A stretch of DNA of 64,000 nt from Candidatus Latescibacterota bacterium. Lineage in GTDB: Bacteria > Latescibacterota > UBA2968 > UBA8231. The notes beneath the pieces are model-generated. The model was not told the DNA's origin and did no database searches. It worked only from the letters and a program-made list of their open reading frames with translations. The DNA is taken from assembly GCA_965248265.1 (NCBI GenBank), contig CBDFJF010000002.1:2816001-2880000 (forward strand). The letters run 5' to 3'. Position 1 is the stretch's first letter. Every line of letters begins with the position of its first letter. A program made the position numbers and the translations under genes. Positions 36,164 through 46,620 of the stretch are shown here, one piece after another.

Positions 36164-37836
36164 AACGTGACGTCGGTTTCCTCGAATGTCTGCGCCACGT
36201 TGTAGCCGTCCAGCGTCTCCAGCGCTACGGCGCGGGGTGGTTGGATCTTGCCGATCCTGTCCAGCTCCTCCTTGTGGCCCAGTTGCCGGACCGCTCCCCA
36301 CAAGGCGCGGTAGCTGGCCTTGAGAGGTCCCTGCATGGCGACCAGCAGTTCCTCGGAGCAGATCGGGGTGTCCCAGAAGCTCAGACCATCCGCCCCCGCC
36401 TGGTACCATTCCTTCGCGCGCGCCATGAAATCCTCCGACTCCCCGTGATAGGGCTGCATATTAGCGTCACCGTGAACCCACGGGCTCGGGTAGAGCCGGC
36501 AGTCCGTTCCCGCGGTGATCTCCTGATAGAAGTCGAGATCGAGGCGCTTGATCGGTGACATGTAGTGGACTTTGGTGACAGGAAGCAGGTCATCGACCAA
36601 GCCCTCCTGCACCCAGGTCCGTACGTCCAGCGCGTGTAGCAGGTTTTCTGCCTCCGAGTAGTAGACCATCGCCGCCAGGCGTATAGGATGTCCTGCCCCG
36701 CGACCAGCCTCGTCCAGGGTCTTCCTGACTCCGCGTACGAATTCCGTCATGTAGTGCGCCCGGTGTCTGAGCCAGCGGTCGTCCTCGTCATCGAGGGTGC
36801 GTGGACCCTGGCCATACTGCTGCTGGAAGGAGTCGACGACGGGCGGCTCGTACCAGACGTAGATCGGTCCCCGCGTAAAGCTGAGCTGAACGCCATCCAC
36901 GCCATGGTCGGCGACTTCGCGGATCAGCGATATCATGTGTGACCGAACCTGTGGGTAGGCATAGCTGATGGAGGTGATTGATACGCCGTTTTTAGCCACG
37001 CAGGCAAAGCCAGGTTTGCGGCCTCCAATGCCGTATCCGGGTTGCGGCAGGCGGTCAAAGGAGACCTCGGAGTAGGGCAGGTGCAAAGCCAGCCGGAACT
37101 GGGCGTAGAACTCCAGTCCGACCGCGCGGCAGTGCTGCATGGCGGGGAGGAACGGCACCAACCCGGGCGCCACCTTGTCGAGACTGGCCTTGACCACGGG
37201 ACGAAAGAGCCCGATTCGGGTCGGGTAGTTGCACTGGTCGCCATAGGCCACGCATAGTGAATAGGCTCGGAAGTCGGTGTCCCGAAGCGCTTCGGGGTGC
37301 CAGATCATATCCTCCGGCCCACGAACGCTGGCGGTGAAGCTGCCGTCGTTCATGGCGAAGAGGCATCGGGTGTCGTCATCGGAGCGGTCTCGCCGGACCT
37401 CCTTCACCTCTTCATCCGTGAGCTCTACGAGCTTGACGTATGCGAGGTTTATGTCGCCCTCCTGGGAGAAGATCAACTCCTGACCACTGAGATCGGCGCT
37501 CTTGAAGAACGCTTCTTTGATCACAAAACGCTCTTTGTCGAGTTGACCCCCCAGCCGGATCGTGAAGAAGCAGGGATCATCAGACAGTTTCACCCGGATC
37601 GATCCGCCCCACAGCACTGACCAGTGCGGAATGATGCCGATATGGATGGAGTACCAGCCCCTCCGATCGAGGGACAGCCGGATATCGGGAACCTTCCGGT
37701 GGTTACTGCACACCATGACGCCCTCGGCCACGTCGCTCTCGTAGGCTCGGGTCAACCACGTTTCCTCTTGATCTTGGGCGGCGATGGCCGATTCAGGAAG
37801 GCAACGGCTCATGTCGCTGAGATAGAAGGTCTTCAT
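36139..37836 (-). CDS. Glycoside hydrolase-like (GHL10/DUF187-type) protein
   Basis: ISYAYPQVR, VDGVQLSFTR, DVRTWVQEGLVD, GADGLSFWD. Confidence 0.7.
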   Translation of the reverse strand: MKTFYLSDMSRCLPESAIAAQDQEETWLTRAYESDVAEGVMVCSNHRKVPDIRLSLDRRGWYSIHIGIIPHWSVLWGGSIRVKLSDDPCFFTIRLGGQLDKERFVIKEAFFKSADLSGQELIFSQEGDINLAYVKLVELTDEEVKEVRRDRSDDDTRCLFAMNDGSFTASVRGPEDMIWHPEALRDTDFRAYSLCVAYGDQCNYPTRIGLFRPVVKASLDKVAPGLVPFLPAMQHCRAVGLEFYAQFRLALHLPYSEVSFDRLPQPGYGIGGRKPGFACVAKNGVSITSISYAYPQVRSHMISLIREVADHGVDGVQLSFTRGPIYVWYEPPVVDSFQQQYGQGPRTLDDEDDRWLRHRAHYMTEFVRGVRKTLDEAGRGAGHPIRLAAMVYYSEAENLLHALDVRTWVQEGLVDDLLPVTKVHYMSPIKRLDLDFYQEITAGTDCRLYPSPWVHGDANMQPYHGESEDFMARAKEWYQAGADGLSFWDTPICSEELLVAMQGPLKASYRALWGAVRQLGHKEELDRIGKIQPPRAVALETLDGYNVAQTFEETDVTFYTRLGAG

Positions 37837-37848
37837 TGCGAGTGCTCG

Positions 37849-38730
37849 CTACCCGCGCCAGATGGTGTTGGCCTCGTCGGCGATGGCGATGGCGCGCTCA
37901 CGCTCGGCATCCGTCAACGGTGGGACGTTGGATGCACCCGCGTTCTCCTCGATTTCGCTCGGCCTGAGGGCTCCGGCGATCACGGACGTGACTCCGGATG
38001 CGTCGAGGATGAAGCGCAGGGCCGCTTGCGCCATCGTGCGTTTTCCACCTTCGGTCAGAAAGCGAAGCTCGGCCAGCTTCGCGAAGGCGGCGACCGTCTT
38101 GCTGCGGTCTTTGAATGCATGTGAGCGCAGGTCGGTGGAGTCGAACTGTGGCGGGTCATCGAACCACTGGCCGGACAGCGCTCCCGACGCCAACGGTGAG
38201 GCGATCATCGTGCCGATGTCGTGCTCGAGCGCGAACCGCAGCCTGTCCTCGACGCCACGCGCCATCATGTTGTAGCCAATGACGACGACGGCCACTTCGC
38301 CCAACTCCATCAGATGACGCAACTCGTCGGGGTTGCTGGTGGCACTGAAGGACACACCAACCCAGCGAATCTTCCCTTGCTGCTTGAGTTGCATCAAGGT
38401 CTCCATGGCCGCCGGCACAGCATCCGGATGCGGGAGTTTGTGCAGCAGGTAGAGGTCGATGTAGTCCGATTGCAGGCGGCGAAGACTGCCCTCGCAGGCT
38501 TCGGTCAGCCGCCGCCGGGTGTGGTCGATATCGGCGACGTCGGTATAGAAGCCCCGCACCTTCGTCGAAATGATGAACTCGCCCCGGCAGCCCTCCAGTG
38601 CTCGACCGATGATGGTTTCGCTGTGGCCGTCACCGTAGATCTCGGCGGTATCAATGAGGTTGACGCCAAGCGCCGCCGCCCTCCGGATCATGGCGATCGA
38701 TTGGCCGTCGTCGGATCCGGTGTATTCCAT
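37849..38730 (-). CDS. Aldo/keto reductase, N-terminal strands apparently missing
   Basis: IDTAEIYG, STK, SLRRLQSDYIDLYLLH, GKIRWVGVS; no LG.TG..VS.IG.G start. Confidence 0.8.
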   Translation of the reverse strand: MEYTGSDDGQSIAMIRRAAALGVNLIDTAEIYGDGHSETIIGRALEGCRGEFIISTKVRGFYTDVADIDHTRRRLTEACEGSLRRLQSDYIDLYLLHKLPHPDAVPAAMETLMQLKQQGKIRWVGVSFSATSNPDELRHLMELGEVAVVVIGYNMMARGVEDRLRFALEHDIGTMIASPLASGALSGQWFDDPPQFDSTDLRSHAFKDRSKTVAAFAKLAELRFLTEGGKRTMAQAALRFILDASGVTSVIAGALRPSEIEENAGASNVPPLTDAERERAIAIADEANTIWRG

Positions 38731-38984
38731 AAATATTACGCGCTCCGCTGAATGGGCCCCATCGCATCCATGGATTATCTTGGCCGCGTATCGCTACGGA
38801 AAGCGAAAGGAACATACGAGACTTGCAAAAGCGCTGCAGGATTCGGTCCTGGGCGTGGCCGGGCAAGTAACTTCAGCCGAGACGATCACGTTGTGCCGTA
38901 TCAAGGCACACTGTATGCTCACAGTCCGACCATGTAGTGATGGCTCATATAGCGATGGTTCATCGAAATCTAAGGGAGACCTGA

Positions 38985-40100
38985 ATGCAGATCGTCGACA
39001 CCGGTGTCTTGAGCCTGAGCGAAGCCGGCACCAACCGTGCCAACCTGACCTTTCCGAATTTCGTCACGCTCTCGAATGGCGATGTGCTCGCAAACTGGCG
39101 CGCCGGCTTGACCAAAGACGGCGACGACGAGCACTTGGAGTTCAGTCGCTCGACGGACGGGGGCGCTACCTGGAGCGAGCCGTTCACTCCGGTGGAGAAT
39201 CCCCGGATGGAGGGAGTCGCAGGTACTCTCAAAGTCTGTTACGTCACCGAGATCAGTCCGGGCACGCTCATGGGTGTTTTCATGTGGGTGGATCGTGGGA
39301 CCTATCCGGGCCAAGGGGCCTTCAATGCCGAGACAGAAGGCTGTTTGCCCACACGCATGCTGCTGGCCGAGTCGGATGACTTTGGGGACGCTTGGTCCTC
39401 CCCCCGTGATGTGCCGATGACGGAAGAGATCGGACCTCCGAGCCTTACCAACCCGCTGATCGTGTTGCCCGATAGTACCCTGGTTTTGAGTGTCGAGTCG
39501 AACAAGCATTATCACGAGAGCGGCACGTGGTTCCAACGCGTGATGATGTTCCATTCAGGTGACCAAGGCCAAACCTGGGGACAGCCGGCCATTGCCGGAT
39601 TCGATCCCACTGGCAGAATCCGCAACTGGGATCAACGTGTCGGCATGGCGCCGGACGGGCATCTCGGGGCTTTCGTGTGGACGTTCGATTCGCATGCGGA
39701 TTCGTACCTGAACATTCACCGGCGCATCAGCGCCGACGGTGGCCACACGTGGTCGGAGGCTGAAGATCTTGGATTCACCGACCAGGCTGCCCATCCCGCC
39801 ATGCTGTCCGATGGCCGTGTCGTCCTGCCATGGGTCGATCGCTTCGACACCCAAACGATACGGGCCCGCCTTGCACCTGCAATCGATGCTCCGTTCGATC
39901 CGGATAGTGAGCTTGTCATCTACGAACATGCAAATCCCAGCGACGGCGACGTCGATCAGGCGGGAGCCCTTGGACTGTCGGTGTGGTCCTTCGGGTTGCC
40001 ATTCGCGGATCTGCTGCCGAATGGCGATGTCCTCGTCGTCTACTACGCGGGCAACGAAGAGGCCATGGATGTCCACTGGGCGCGGTTGAGCGTGAGTTGA
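38985..40100 (+). CDS. BNR/Asp-box exo-sialidase-family protein
   Basis: FP motif; STDGGATW, SDDFGDAW, SGDQGQTW, SADGGHTW; LPNGDVLVVYY. Confidence 0.88.
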   Translation: MQIVDTGVLSLSEAGTNRANLTFPNFVTLSNGDVLANWRAGLTKDGDDEHLEFSRSTDGGATWSEPFTPVENPRMEGVAGTLKVCYVTEISPGTLMGVFMWVDRGTYPGQGAFNAETEGCLPTRMLLAESDDFGDAWSSPRDVPMTEEIGPPSLTNPLIVLPDSTLVLSVESNKHYHESGTWFQRVMMFHSGDQGQTWGQPAIAGFDPTGRIRNWDQRVGMAPDGHLGAFVWTFDSHADSYLNIHRRISADGGHTWSEAEDLGFTDQAAHPAMLSDGRVVLPWVDRFDTQTIRARLAPAIDAPFDPDSELVIYEHANPSDGDVDQAGALGLSVWSFGLPFADLLPNGDVLVVYYAGNEEAMDVHWARLSVS

Positions 40101-40112
40101 GTCCGTGGACAT

Positions 40113-40500
40113 ATGATTTTTGTGAATACGCTCCGCACCTTCTTTCTGAGTTTGACTCTCTGCACCGGCATCGCCGCGGCCGACGGGACCGACTGGCCTT
40201 ACTACGGCAGCGATGCCGCGAGCACGAAGTTTGCTCCCATAACCCAGATCGACCGTGGTAACCTTGAGGATCTTCGCATGGTCTGGCGTTGGCGGATGCC
40301 GGACCACGAGATCATGGATGCCAACGACGGCATTAGTTCACAGTCTCCGAACGAAGTGACACCGATCGTCGTCGACGGCGTCCTGTACTCCAGCACGCCT
40401 CTGAATATCGTTGTCGCTCTCGATGCTGAGACCGGAGAGGAGTTGTGGCGTTTCGATCCGGAGGCATGGAGGGAGGACAGTGTCCTCTTTGGGCTCCATC
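40113..40500 (+). pseudogene. PQQ-dependent dehydrogenase N-terminus, truncated at the insert boundary
   Basis: Signal peptide, DWPYYG, QIDRGN, TPIVVDGVLY, ALDAETGEELWRFDP; breaks before the expected RGVAYW. Confidence 0.85.
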
Positions 40501-40596
40501 TGAACTGGAGCCTGAATAACTCTGGTGGCCGATCGGATCAAGACTTGCAGAGTTCAAGACAATGGTGGGGGAAATTAAGAGCGACAATTCCCAGAT

Positions 40597-42561
40597 ATGA
40601 ACGAATTTCTTAAAACCCAGTGGGTCTTATTGTTTTGCTTTACGTTTAGTGTTAGAGCAATCTCCATTTTTGGCCTCTACTTTCTGGACACTCCTTTCGG
40701 AGACAAGATTGCAGACAATTGGAGACGGTTCCTTCCCCATACAATCGTCTTTGAAGCTGGACTTATCGCAGCCCTATTTGTTTTGTTCAGAGTTCTCGTT
40801 CACGGACTCAACTATCAGGAAGCCATAAGCAAACGCCTCTCTTCCCTTCTGCTTTATGCCCTTTCTATCCTCCTGGGCTTCCACATTATCCTTGCTCAAA
40901 TCGACAACGAGGTTATGCGCTGGTTGGGTCAGCATCTGAATATCGTCTGGCTCAAAACCTACGCGAGCAATCCAGATATTCCCATGATGATGAAGATATA
41001 TGCGGATGATATCATCGGAGTCGCATTTTCAATTTCATGTATGCTCCTGGCTGTCGCCCCAACTTTCTATTTATTGATAAAACGCCCTGAACCCAGCCAT
41101 GTAAGCTACCGGGGGACCTTATTGTTCTTAGTGATTGCAATTGTCGGCCTTACCTCCAAAGTCTGGCTCGATCCATCCAAGATGAGATGGAGAAAAATTC
41201 AACCTGCAACCCTGGGGCTTCTTCTGGATATACAGGAGACGCAAATCAACAGGGGTCCGGAACAGACAAAGCAAGATTTGAGAACATTCTACTCTCTATT
41301 CTATCCACCTAAAAACAAGGCAGATATAGATACGGAAAATCCGTTCTACAATGAGATCAATGCAACCGACTCGACGCTACAAGATCATCTTGCGAATCGG
41401 AAAAGGCCGAATATTGTCTTGATCATCATGGAATCAGTACAGGGCTGGTCCTTTGACTTGAGAGACAACCTGGTTCAGAAAACACTCCCAAACATAACAG
41501 CTCTATTCAAAGAACGCGGCGAATTCTTCCCCAAATGTTTCTCCACCGGGTATCCCTCGGTAGAGGGGTTTTCATCTCTGCATCTGGGAGTACTCACTCC
41601 ACCCAACGGCATCTTTTTGACAAATTACGCGTCAATAAGAACACGCTCAATCGCAGAAATTTTGAGTGAGAGTGGAGGTTATAGTAGTCAAATCTTAACA
41701 GGTGCTGAGCCCAGCTTCGACAATCTCTATCATTCTTTCAGGTCATGGTATGACCAGCATGAATATGACCCCAAAAAGTCGGACGACCTGTCCATGGCAA
41801 ACTGGCTTGTCGAAACTCATGAGGCTGATAGAAAAGAGCCACACTTTCTGACATGGATGACTGCTTCTACACATCTCCCATTCAACATACCAGATCCGCC
41901 AAATCCAAACACAACTGATATGGGAGAGAAGTATGTCATGGCCTTGCAGTTCATGGATAAATCCATCGGCCACTATATCTCCCACCTGAAAAAGGGTCAC
42001 GAATGGGACAACACCTGGATTATTATGGTTGGCGATCACTCCGTTGCCAATTCGTGGCTGCGAAAGAATATTGACGAACTTGGAAGCTTGAATCTTGGAC
42101 ACCTGTGGACTTCTATGCTAATCGCAGGACCAGGAGTTGTGGAGAGCAAGGTTAGAACAGAATCCGTATCACACTTTGATGTCGCCCCCACAATTATGGC
42201 ACTATCAGGAATTCGTACACCGAATCATTTTCTGGGTGTTGACCTGAGAGACAGATCCCTTACACGTGAATTTTATGACACTCGCTATCTGATGGGATTT
42301 CATTTCAACAACGCAAGTATTGGGCGTGGAAATACCTGGTTGAATTTCCATATGGCGGACAAGGATTACGTGAAAAAATTTGATTTGAGCGAAGTGTTCG
42401 AGAACCAGAGCACGTATCCATCTCACGCCTCCAGAATCAGAGATTTCCATCATGGAATGCCCTTAAGAGTAACCAGGGACGATCTGGCGTTAGTCCAAAG
42501 GGGTCGTACTGCGGGAGGCATTTGGGAATGGTATCTTCGGAACAATAAACTGATGAAATAG
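40597..42561 (+). CDS. LTA-synthase/sulfatase-like membrane protein
   Basis: About 5 N-terminal TM segments, PNIVLIIMES, TASTHLPF, MVGDH, SHFDVAPTI. Confidence 0.85.
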   Translation: MNEFLKTQWVLLFCFTFSVRAISIFGLYFLDTPFGDKIADNWRRFLPHTIVFEAGLIAALFVLFRVLVHGLNYQEAISKRLSSLLLYALSILLGFHIILAQIDNEVMRWLGQHLNIVWLKTYASNPDIPMMMKIYADDIIGVAFSISCMLLAVAPTFYLLIKRPEPSHVSYRGTLLFLVIAIVGLTSKVWLDPSKMRWRKIQPATLGLLLDIQETQINRGPEQTKQDLRTFYSLFYPPKNKADIDTENPFYNEINATDSTLQDHLANRKRPNIVLIIMESVQGWSFDLRDNLVQKTLPNITALFKERGEFFPKCFSTGYPSVEGFSSLHLGVLTPPNGIFLTNYASIRTRSIAEILSESGGYSSQILTGAEPSFDNLYHSFRSWYDQHEYDPKKSDDLSMANWLVETHEADRKEPHFLTWMTASTHLPFNIPDPPNPNTTDMGEKYVMALQFMDKSIGHYISHLKKGHEWDNTWIIMVGDHSVANSWLRKNIDELGSLNLGHLWTSMLIAGPGVVESKVRTESVSHFDVAPTIMALSGIRTPNHFLGVDLRDRSLTREFYDTRYLMGFHFNNASIGRGNTWLNFHMADKDYVKKFDLSEVFENQSTYPSHASRIRDFHHGMPLRVTRDDLALVQRGRTAGGIWEWYLRNNKLMK

Positions 42562-42609
42562 GGTATCGACCCGAGCTCCTCGGCGGCCGAGCTTGCCCTT
42601 TTCCTTTCT

Positions 42610-45294
42610 TCAAAAACCAAATAGCTGCAACCAGTTTCGCGAAGGCGTAATCATCTTTTTACGCGTCTTGAACTCACTCGCTAGATTATCGTCCGTGATC
42701 AGGTAGGGTAGGTTCCCTTGACTCAAGTAATCATGTCTCTTGTTGCTCAGGTCCGAGCTGGCCATGTCGTGAAGTAACCTCACCATTTGCGGATCGTCAT
42801 ACTCTGAAATTGGCCTGTCGTGATACTTGAATCTAAGCAAGTTGCGTCTCTTCAATTCCGCACTGCTTGGAAACGGACGGTCGCTTGCGGCGATGAAGTT
42901 TGAGTAACGCGTTACATAGTCAAAAACGTGAGCAGCGGTATAGGGTATATCCCACGAATTGGTGGTGTTGTAGTAGATGACTCCGCCTTCGTTCAGGTGT
43001 GCTTTACAGAGCTCCAGGAACTCCTTTGAAATGAGGTTGTTTATCTGATCCCGCCAATGATAGGTCGTATTCATCAATATGAAATCGAATTTCCTGTCCG
43101 GGTGCCGCTTCAACCATCTTCTTCCGTCGTCGAAGTGAAGCCGTACCTTCGGATCGCTTAGCGCTGATCTCTGTTCGGGATAGTTCTGAATTATCTTCTG
43201 GTATCCCGGGTTGATTTCTACGATATCCAACCGTTCCACAGCTTCATGAGAGGCGATCACCTTTGCCCAGGAAGCGCTGCTCAAACCTATTTCCAGTACA
43301 TGCCTGGGCTGAAGATGCAATGCCCCCATCATATAGGCTCGGTCGATCATGTTGCGATTGCGGATGAGGTCCGTGTTGAATCGACCATCGTAACTACCGC
43401 CGCCAGCGATCTTGTCGTCTCCACCCTCCTGCCCGACCACATGGACGATTCCGTACCGGCTCTGGCTCTCAAACTTGAAGGAACCGTTCTCTGCGTAATT
43501 ACGCTTGTGATACAGGCGTTCCAGCAGGTCGAAGTACAGCGGCTGATGCGTCAAGAAGAGGAGAATGGCGACGCAGCCGATACCGACGACGGTTTTGCCC
43601 GTGTGGTCACTCCGTCGCCTGGAGCAGAACCAGAGAATGGCGCCAAAGGAGCAATAGAAAACGGACAGGAGATGAATATTCTGCTCTATGGACAGCCAGT
43701 TTAGCAGGAAGAACCCTGTCAACGACGATCCGACTGTGGAGCCGACTATGTTCAGACAGTATATCCATGAGACAGAAAGACCGACGTGGGCATAGGACGT
43801 TATCGCGTAATGTGCCAGCATGGGCAAGACGGCCCCTGTCCAGAACGCAATGCCGCCGACACCGATAAACATCAACGGTACGCCGGCCCATCCGATGACT
43901 CCGACGATTCTTCCCGTGACCGGAATCAGAAGAAAATAGGACAGGGATGACGCGACGATGAAGGTGGAGACGATGTTCAACACCCTGTCTTTGTGTTCTT
44001 CACATATCTGATTGGCCTTGAGCGCGCCCAGGGCAATGCCGATCAGGAAGAAGCCAAGTACCAGGGGAAAGACTGTGGCTCGACCACCGGTTGTGAAGGA
44101 GATCAATCGAACCCAAAGAATCTCCTGGCTCAGAGAGACGAAGCCGACCGTGAACGAGACCATCAGCATCAGGATGTAGCGAAAATCGACACTTGCTACC
44201 CGTTTCGCCGGAGCGGGATCCAGAGGGCTCCTACCTTCCTCTTCCTTAGGGTTGCGTACGAATTTATATGCTACGTAGGCGACCCCGAAGTTGATTGCCG
44301 CTGCCACATTGCACGAATCCTTGAGGCCCAGGAAAAGAAATATGAGATAGGCACAGGCGAAACAGGCAAGTGCCGATCCCAGGGTATTGGCAAAATAGAG
44401 AACGGAAAGGGACCTGCCGACGTTTCGATACGCCTTGTATAGATGGCTGACCAGAATCGGCAAGGTGGCCCCCATGAACAACGTTGGAACGAACAGGAGC
44501 CCATAGGTGGTAACCGATATGGTCAACAGGGAACCGTGAATGGTAGCCTGAGTGACAGCGCTGATCAGTCCTATACTGAAGAGGCCGAACAGGCCGATAA
44601 GCAGTTCGCACGCCACGAACAGGTGCGGCAGATGGTGCGGGAATCTTTTTGATAGTGCTCCTCCAGCCAACGCTCCGATACCGAGGCCAAACATGAATAT
44701 GGAAACGATGACTGTTACCGATTCAATGTTGACTCCAAAGGCCTGGAAGAGCGCGCGTTGCCAAACCATCTGATAGATCAGCGCCGCGAAACCCGAGCAA
44801 AAAAAGAGCGCTACCAGCCAGCGGCTCTCAGTCGGGATTGCGGCATGTGTATTCGGGTCTTTGCCGTCGTTGCACCTGTATATGAGCGTGAGTTGCAACA
44901 AGGCAAATGCAACCAGCAACAGGCCGGTATCGACGTATACTCCGACCAAACCCAGCAAAGAGAGGAGGAAAACGGCGTATGTAAGCCTGTCGTATCGAAC
45001 ATACCTCTCTTTGTAAGAGCCAAGCCGGAGGACCCTGAACAGCAGGGTCCTTATCAGCACACGGACGACAAGAAAGGTGAGAGCCATGAGAATCGGGGAG
45101 ATGAGCAACCGCGCCGTCATCTCGTGCTCTTCCCAGCGTCCGTTCGCGGCGAAATCTACGAGAGAGGAATCATGGGGGTACCATTTGTCGTTGGTGAACC
45201 AGTGCAGTTGCACCGAAAATCCCATGGCCAAACCGGACAGGGCGAAGACGAGCTCGAAAACCCATGACTGGGCGGTACGGAAACTGGTTCTCAT
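42610..45294 (-). CDS. Fused membrane (MFS-like)/spermidine-synthase-like protein
   Basis: SGFAALIYQMVW, MGATLP, ANTLGS, VLEIGLSS, VEINP, DDGRRWL. Confidence 0.85.
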   Translation of the reverse strand: MRTSFRTAQSWVFELVFALSGLAMGFSVQLHWFTNDKWYPHDSSLVDFAANGRWEEHEMTARLLISPILMALTFLVVRVLIRTLLFRVLRLGSYKERYVRYDRLTYAVFLLSLLGLVGVYVDTGLLLVAFALLQLTLIYRCNDGKDPNTHAAIPTESRWLVALFFCSGFAALIYQMVWQRALFQAFGVNIESVTVIVSIFMFGLGIGALAGGALSKRFPHHLPHLFVACELLIGLFGLFSIGLISAVTQATIHGSLLTISVTTYGLLFVPTLFMGATLPILVSHLYKAYRNVGRSLSVLYFANTLGSALACFACAYLIFLFLGLKDSCNVAAAINFGVAYVAYKFVRNPKEEEGRSPLDPAPAKRVASVDFRYILMLMVSFTVGFVSLSQEILWVRLISFTTGGRATVFPLVLGFFLIGIALGALKANQICEEHKDRVLNIVSTFIVASSLSYFLLIPVTGRIVGVIGWAGVPLMFIGVGGIAFWTGAVLPMLAHYAITSYAHVGLSVSWIYCLNIVGSTVGSSLTGFFLLNWLSIEQNIHLLSVFYCSFGAILWFCSRRRSDHTGKTVVGIGCVAILLFLTHQPLYFDLLERLYHKRNYAENGSFKFESQSRYGIVHVVGQEGGDDKIAGGGSYDGRFNTDLIRNRNMIDRAYMMGALHLQPRHVLEIGLSSASWAKVIASHEAVERLDIVEINPGYQKIIQNYPEQRSALSDPKVRLHFDDGRRWLKRHPDRKFDFILMNTTYHWRDQINNLISKEFLELCKAHLNEGGVIYYNTTNSWDIPYTAAHVFDYVTRYSNFIAASDRPFPSSAELKRRNLLRFKYHDRPISEYDDPQMVRLLHDMASSDLSNKRHDYLSQGNLPYLITDDNLASEFKTRKKMITPSRNWLQLFGF

Positions 45295-45370
45295 GCTCTC
45301 CAGATGCGCCTTCCGCAGCGGTTGTGTCTCTTGGCACACGAAAGTGGGTGGATTTCTTGCAAACTGGCAG

Positions 45371-45440
45371 CGTACAAATCGTATTTGACGATGAGCTCAA
45401 CGTCGTCGATGCTGATCTCGCCCCCAAAGCCCTCGGGTCT
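45371..45440 (-). pseudogene. C-terminal remnant of a GHL10-like gene
   Basis: RPEGFGGEISIDDVELIVKY resembles the RNPRVASPLKLTDVELVVRY end of 47902-49488. Confidence 0.5.
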
Positions 45441-45462
45441 GCCTATAGCGTAGCGATCTGCT

Positions 45463-45777
45463 CTACATGAACTCGACCGGCGCTGGTGATGGGAAGTGGA
45501 CGATGTCACCGGTCAGCGCCAGCAGGTCCAGGTTTTCTGTCGATGCCTGTGCCATCGGCTGTCGAAAAGGTTTCTCCGGGTCAGGTTCAGTGCCCCGTTC
45601 CCGATGCATCTTTTCAAGACGTTGGCGATGGTCGACGCATCCCTGGAAGCGTTCACCATCTCGTTCATCGAAAAATCGTAAATGAGTGTCCGTCAAATGC
45701 AGCATTCGCACCGGAGCCGCCAGCCCTTCAATTCCTATAGTCGCGCTGTCATCGGTGAAGCTGTGGACGACACGCAT
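45463..45777 (-). pseudogene. Metallophosphoesterase N-terminal remnant
   Basis: HLTDTH and LTGDIV present; stops before GNHD. Confidence 0.8.
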
Positions 45778-45794
45778 CAGGGCACTCCGTCCAG

Positions 45795-46535
45795 TCATAG
45801 CCGGCCTTCCTGGATGTCTCTGACGACCTCGACCAGCGCGTCGGCGGCCGCATCCAGCATGCGATCTCCCTTCTCCTTGGTGCCGAAGGTGGGATCTCCG
45901 TGAACTCCGTGCTCGGATATCTCGTCCAATCGCAGAAACTGAGCCACATCATCTCCGTGGGCTGACTCGGGATGGAACCCATCCATTCCGGGAAGATCCG
46001 GCTTCACCAGATCAGGGCGGATCTGCATGATCATGGAGGTCTCCATCTCGCCGGCATGTCCCCAGCCGCGGGGGCCGGCCTCTCGGATCTGTTCCAGCCG
46101 CTCGTGCGCCACTTTCCAGTATGAAACACCAAAGACCCGAGACTCGGCATATTGCTCCTTGAGCTTTTGCAGGGTCACGGCCATGTCGGCCTCATTGCCT
46201 CCGTGGCCATTGACGATCATCACCCTGGGAAACCCGGAGTCGAGCAGGCAACCGACAGTCTCACTCATCAGGTTGATGTGGGTCTCCGATGTCGCAGTAA
46301 GGCAGCCGAGGCGATGGTGGTGGTAGGAGTAGCCCAACCACTGAGTCGGCAGGCAGACCACCTCGTTTGGCAGGCGTTGATCGAGGCGGTCGACTATTTC
46401 CTGCGTTTCCAGCGTATCAGTCAGGAAGGGAAGATGGGGTCCATGCTGTTCGAACGAAGCGATCGGGTACACCGGCACCAGGTTGCTCTTGTCCAGTGCC
46501 TTCAATTCAGGCCAGGTCATTTCACCGAGCTTCAT
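45795..46535 (-). CDS. Creatininase-family amidohydrolase
   Basis: EQHGPHLP..TD, NGHGGN, GHAGEMETS. Confidence 0.92.
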   Translation of the reverse strand: MKLGEMTWPELKALDKSNLVPVYPIASFEQHGPHLPFLTDTLETQEIVDRLDQRLPNEVVCLPTQWLGYSYHHHRLGCLTATSETHINLMSETVGCLLDSGFPRVMIVNGHGGNEADMAVTLQKLKEQYAESRVFGVSYWKVAHERLEQIREAGPRGWGHAGEMETSMIMQIRPDLVKPDLPGMDGFHPESAHGDDVAQFLRLDEISEHGVHGDPTFGTKEKGDRMLDAAADALVEVVRDIQEGRL

Positions 46536-46620
46536 GGTCGTAATTCTCCTGTCTGACGGTCGGCGATGAGGCCATTTCGCTGTGTCCGGCCACTCTGGGC
46601 ACATCCAGTGCCCGGCTGCC

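Larger units (their letters stand above)
40500..45350. mobile_element. AT-richer acquired segment without mobility genes
   Basis: Visible composition shift (by eye) and truncated genes at both ends; ends approximate. Confidence 0.6.
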
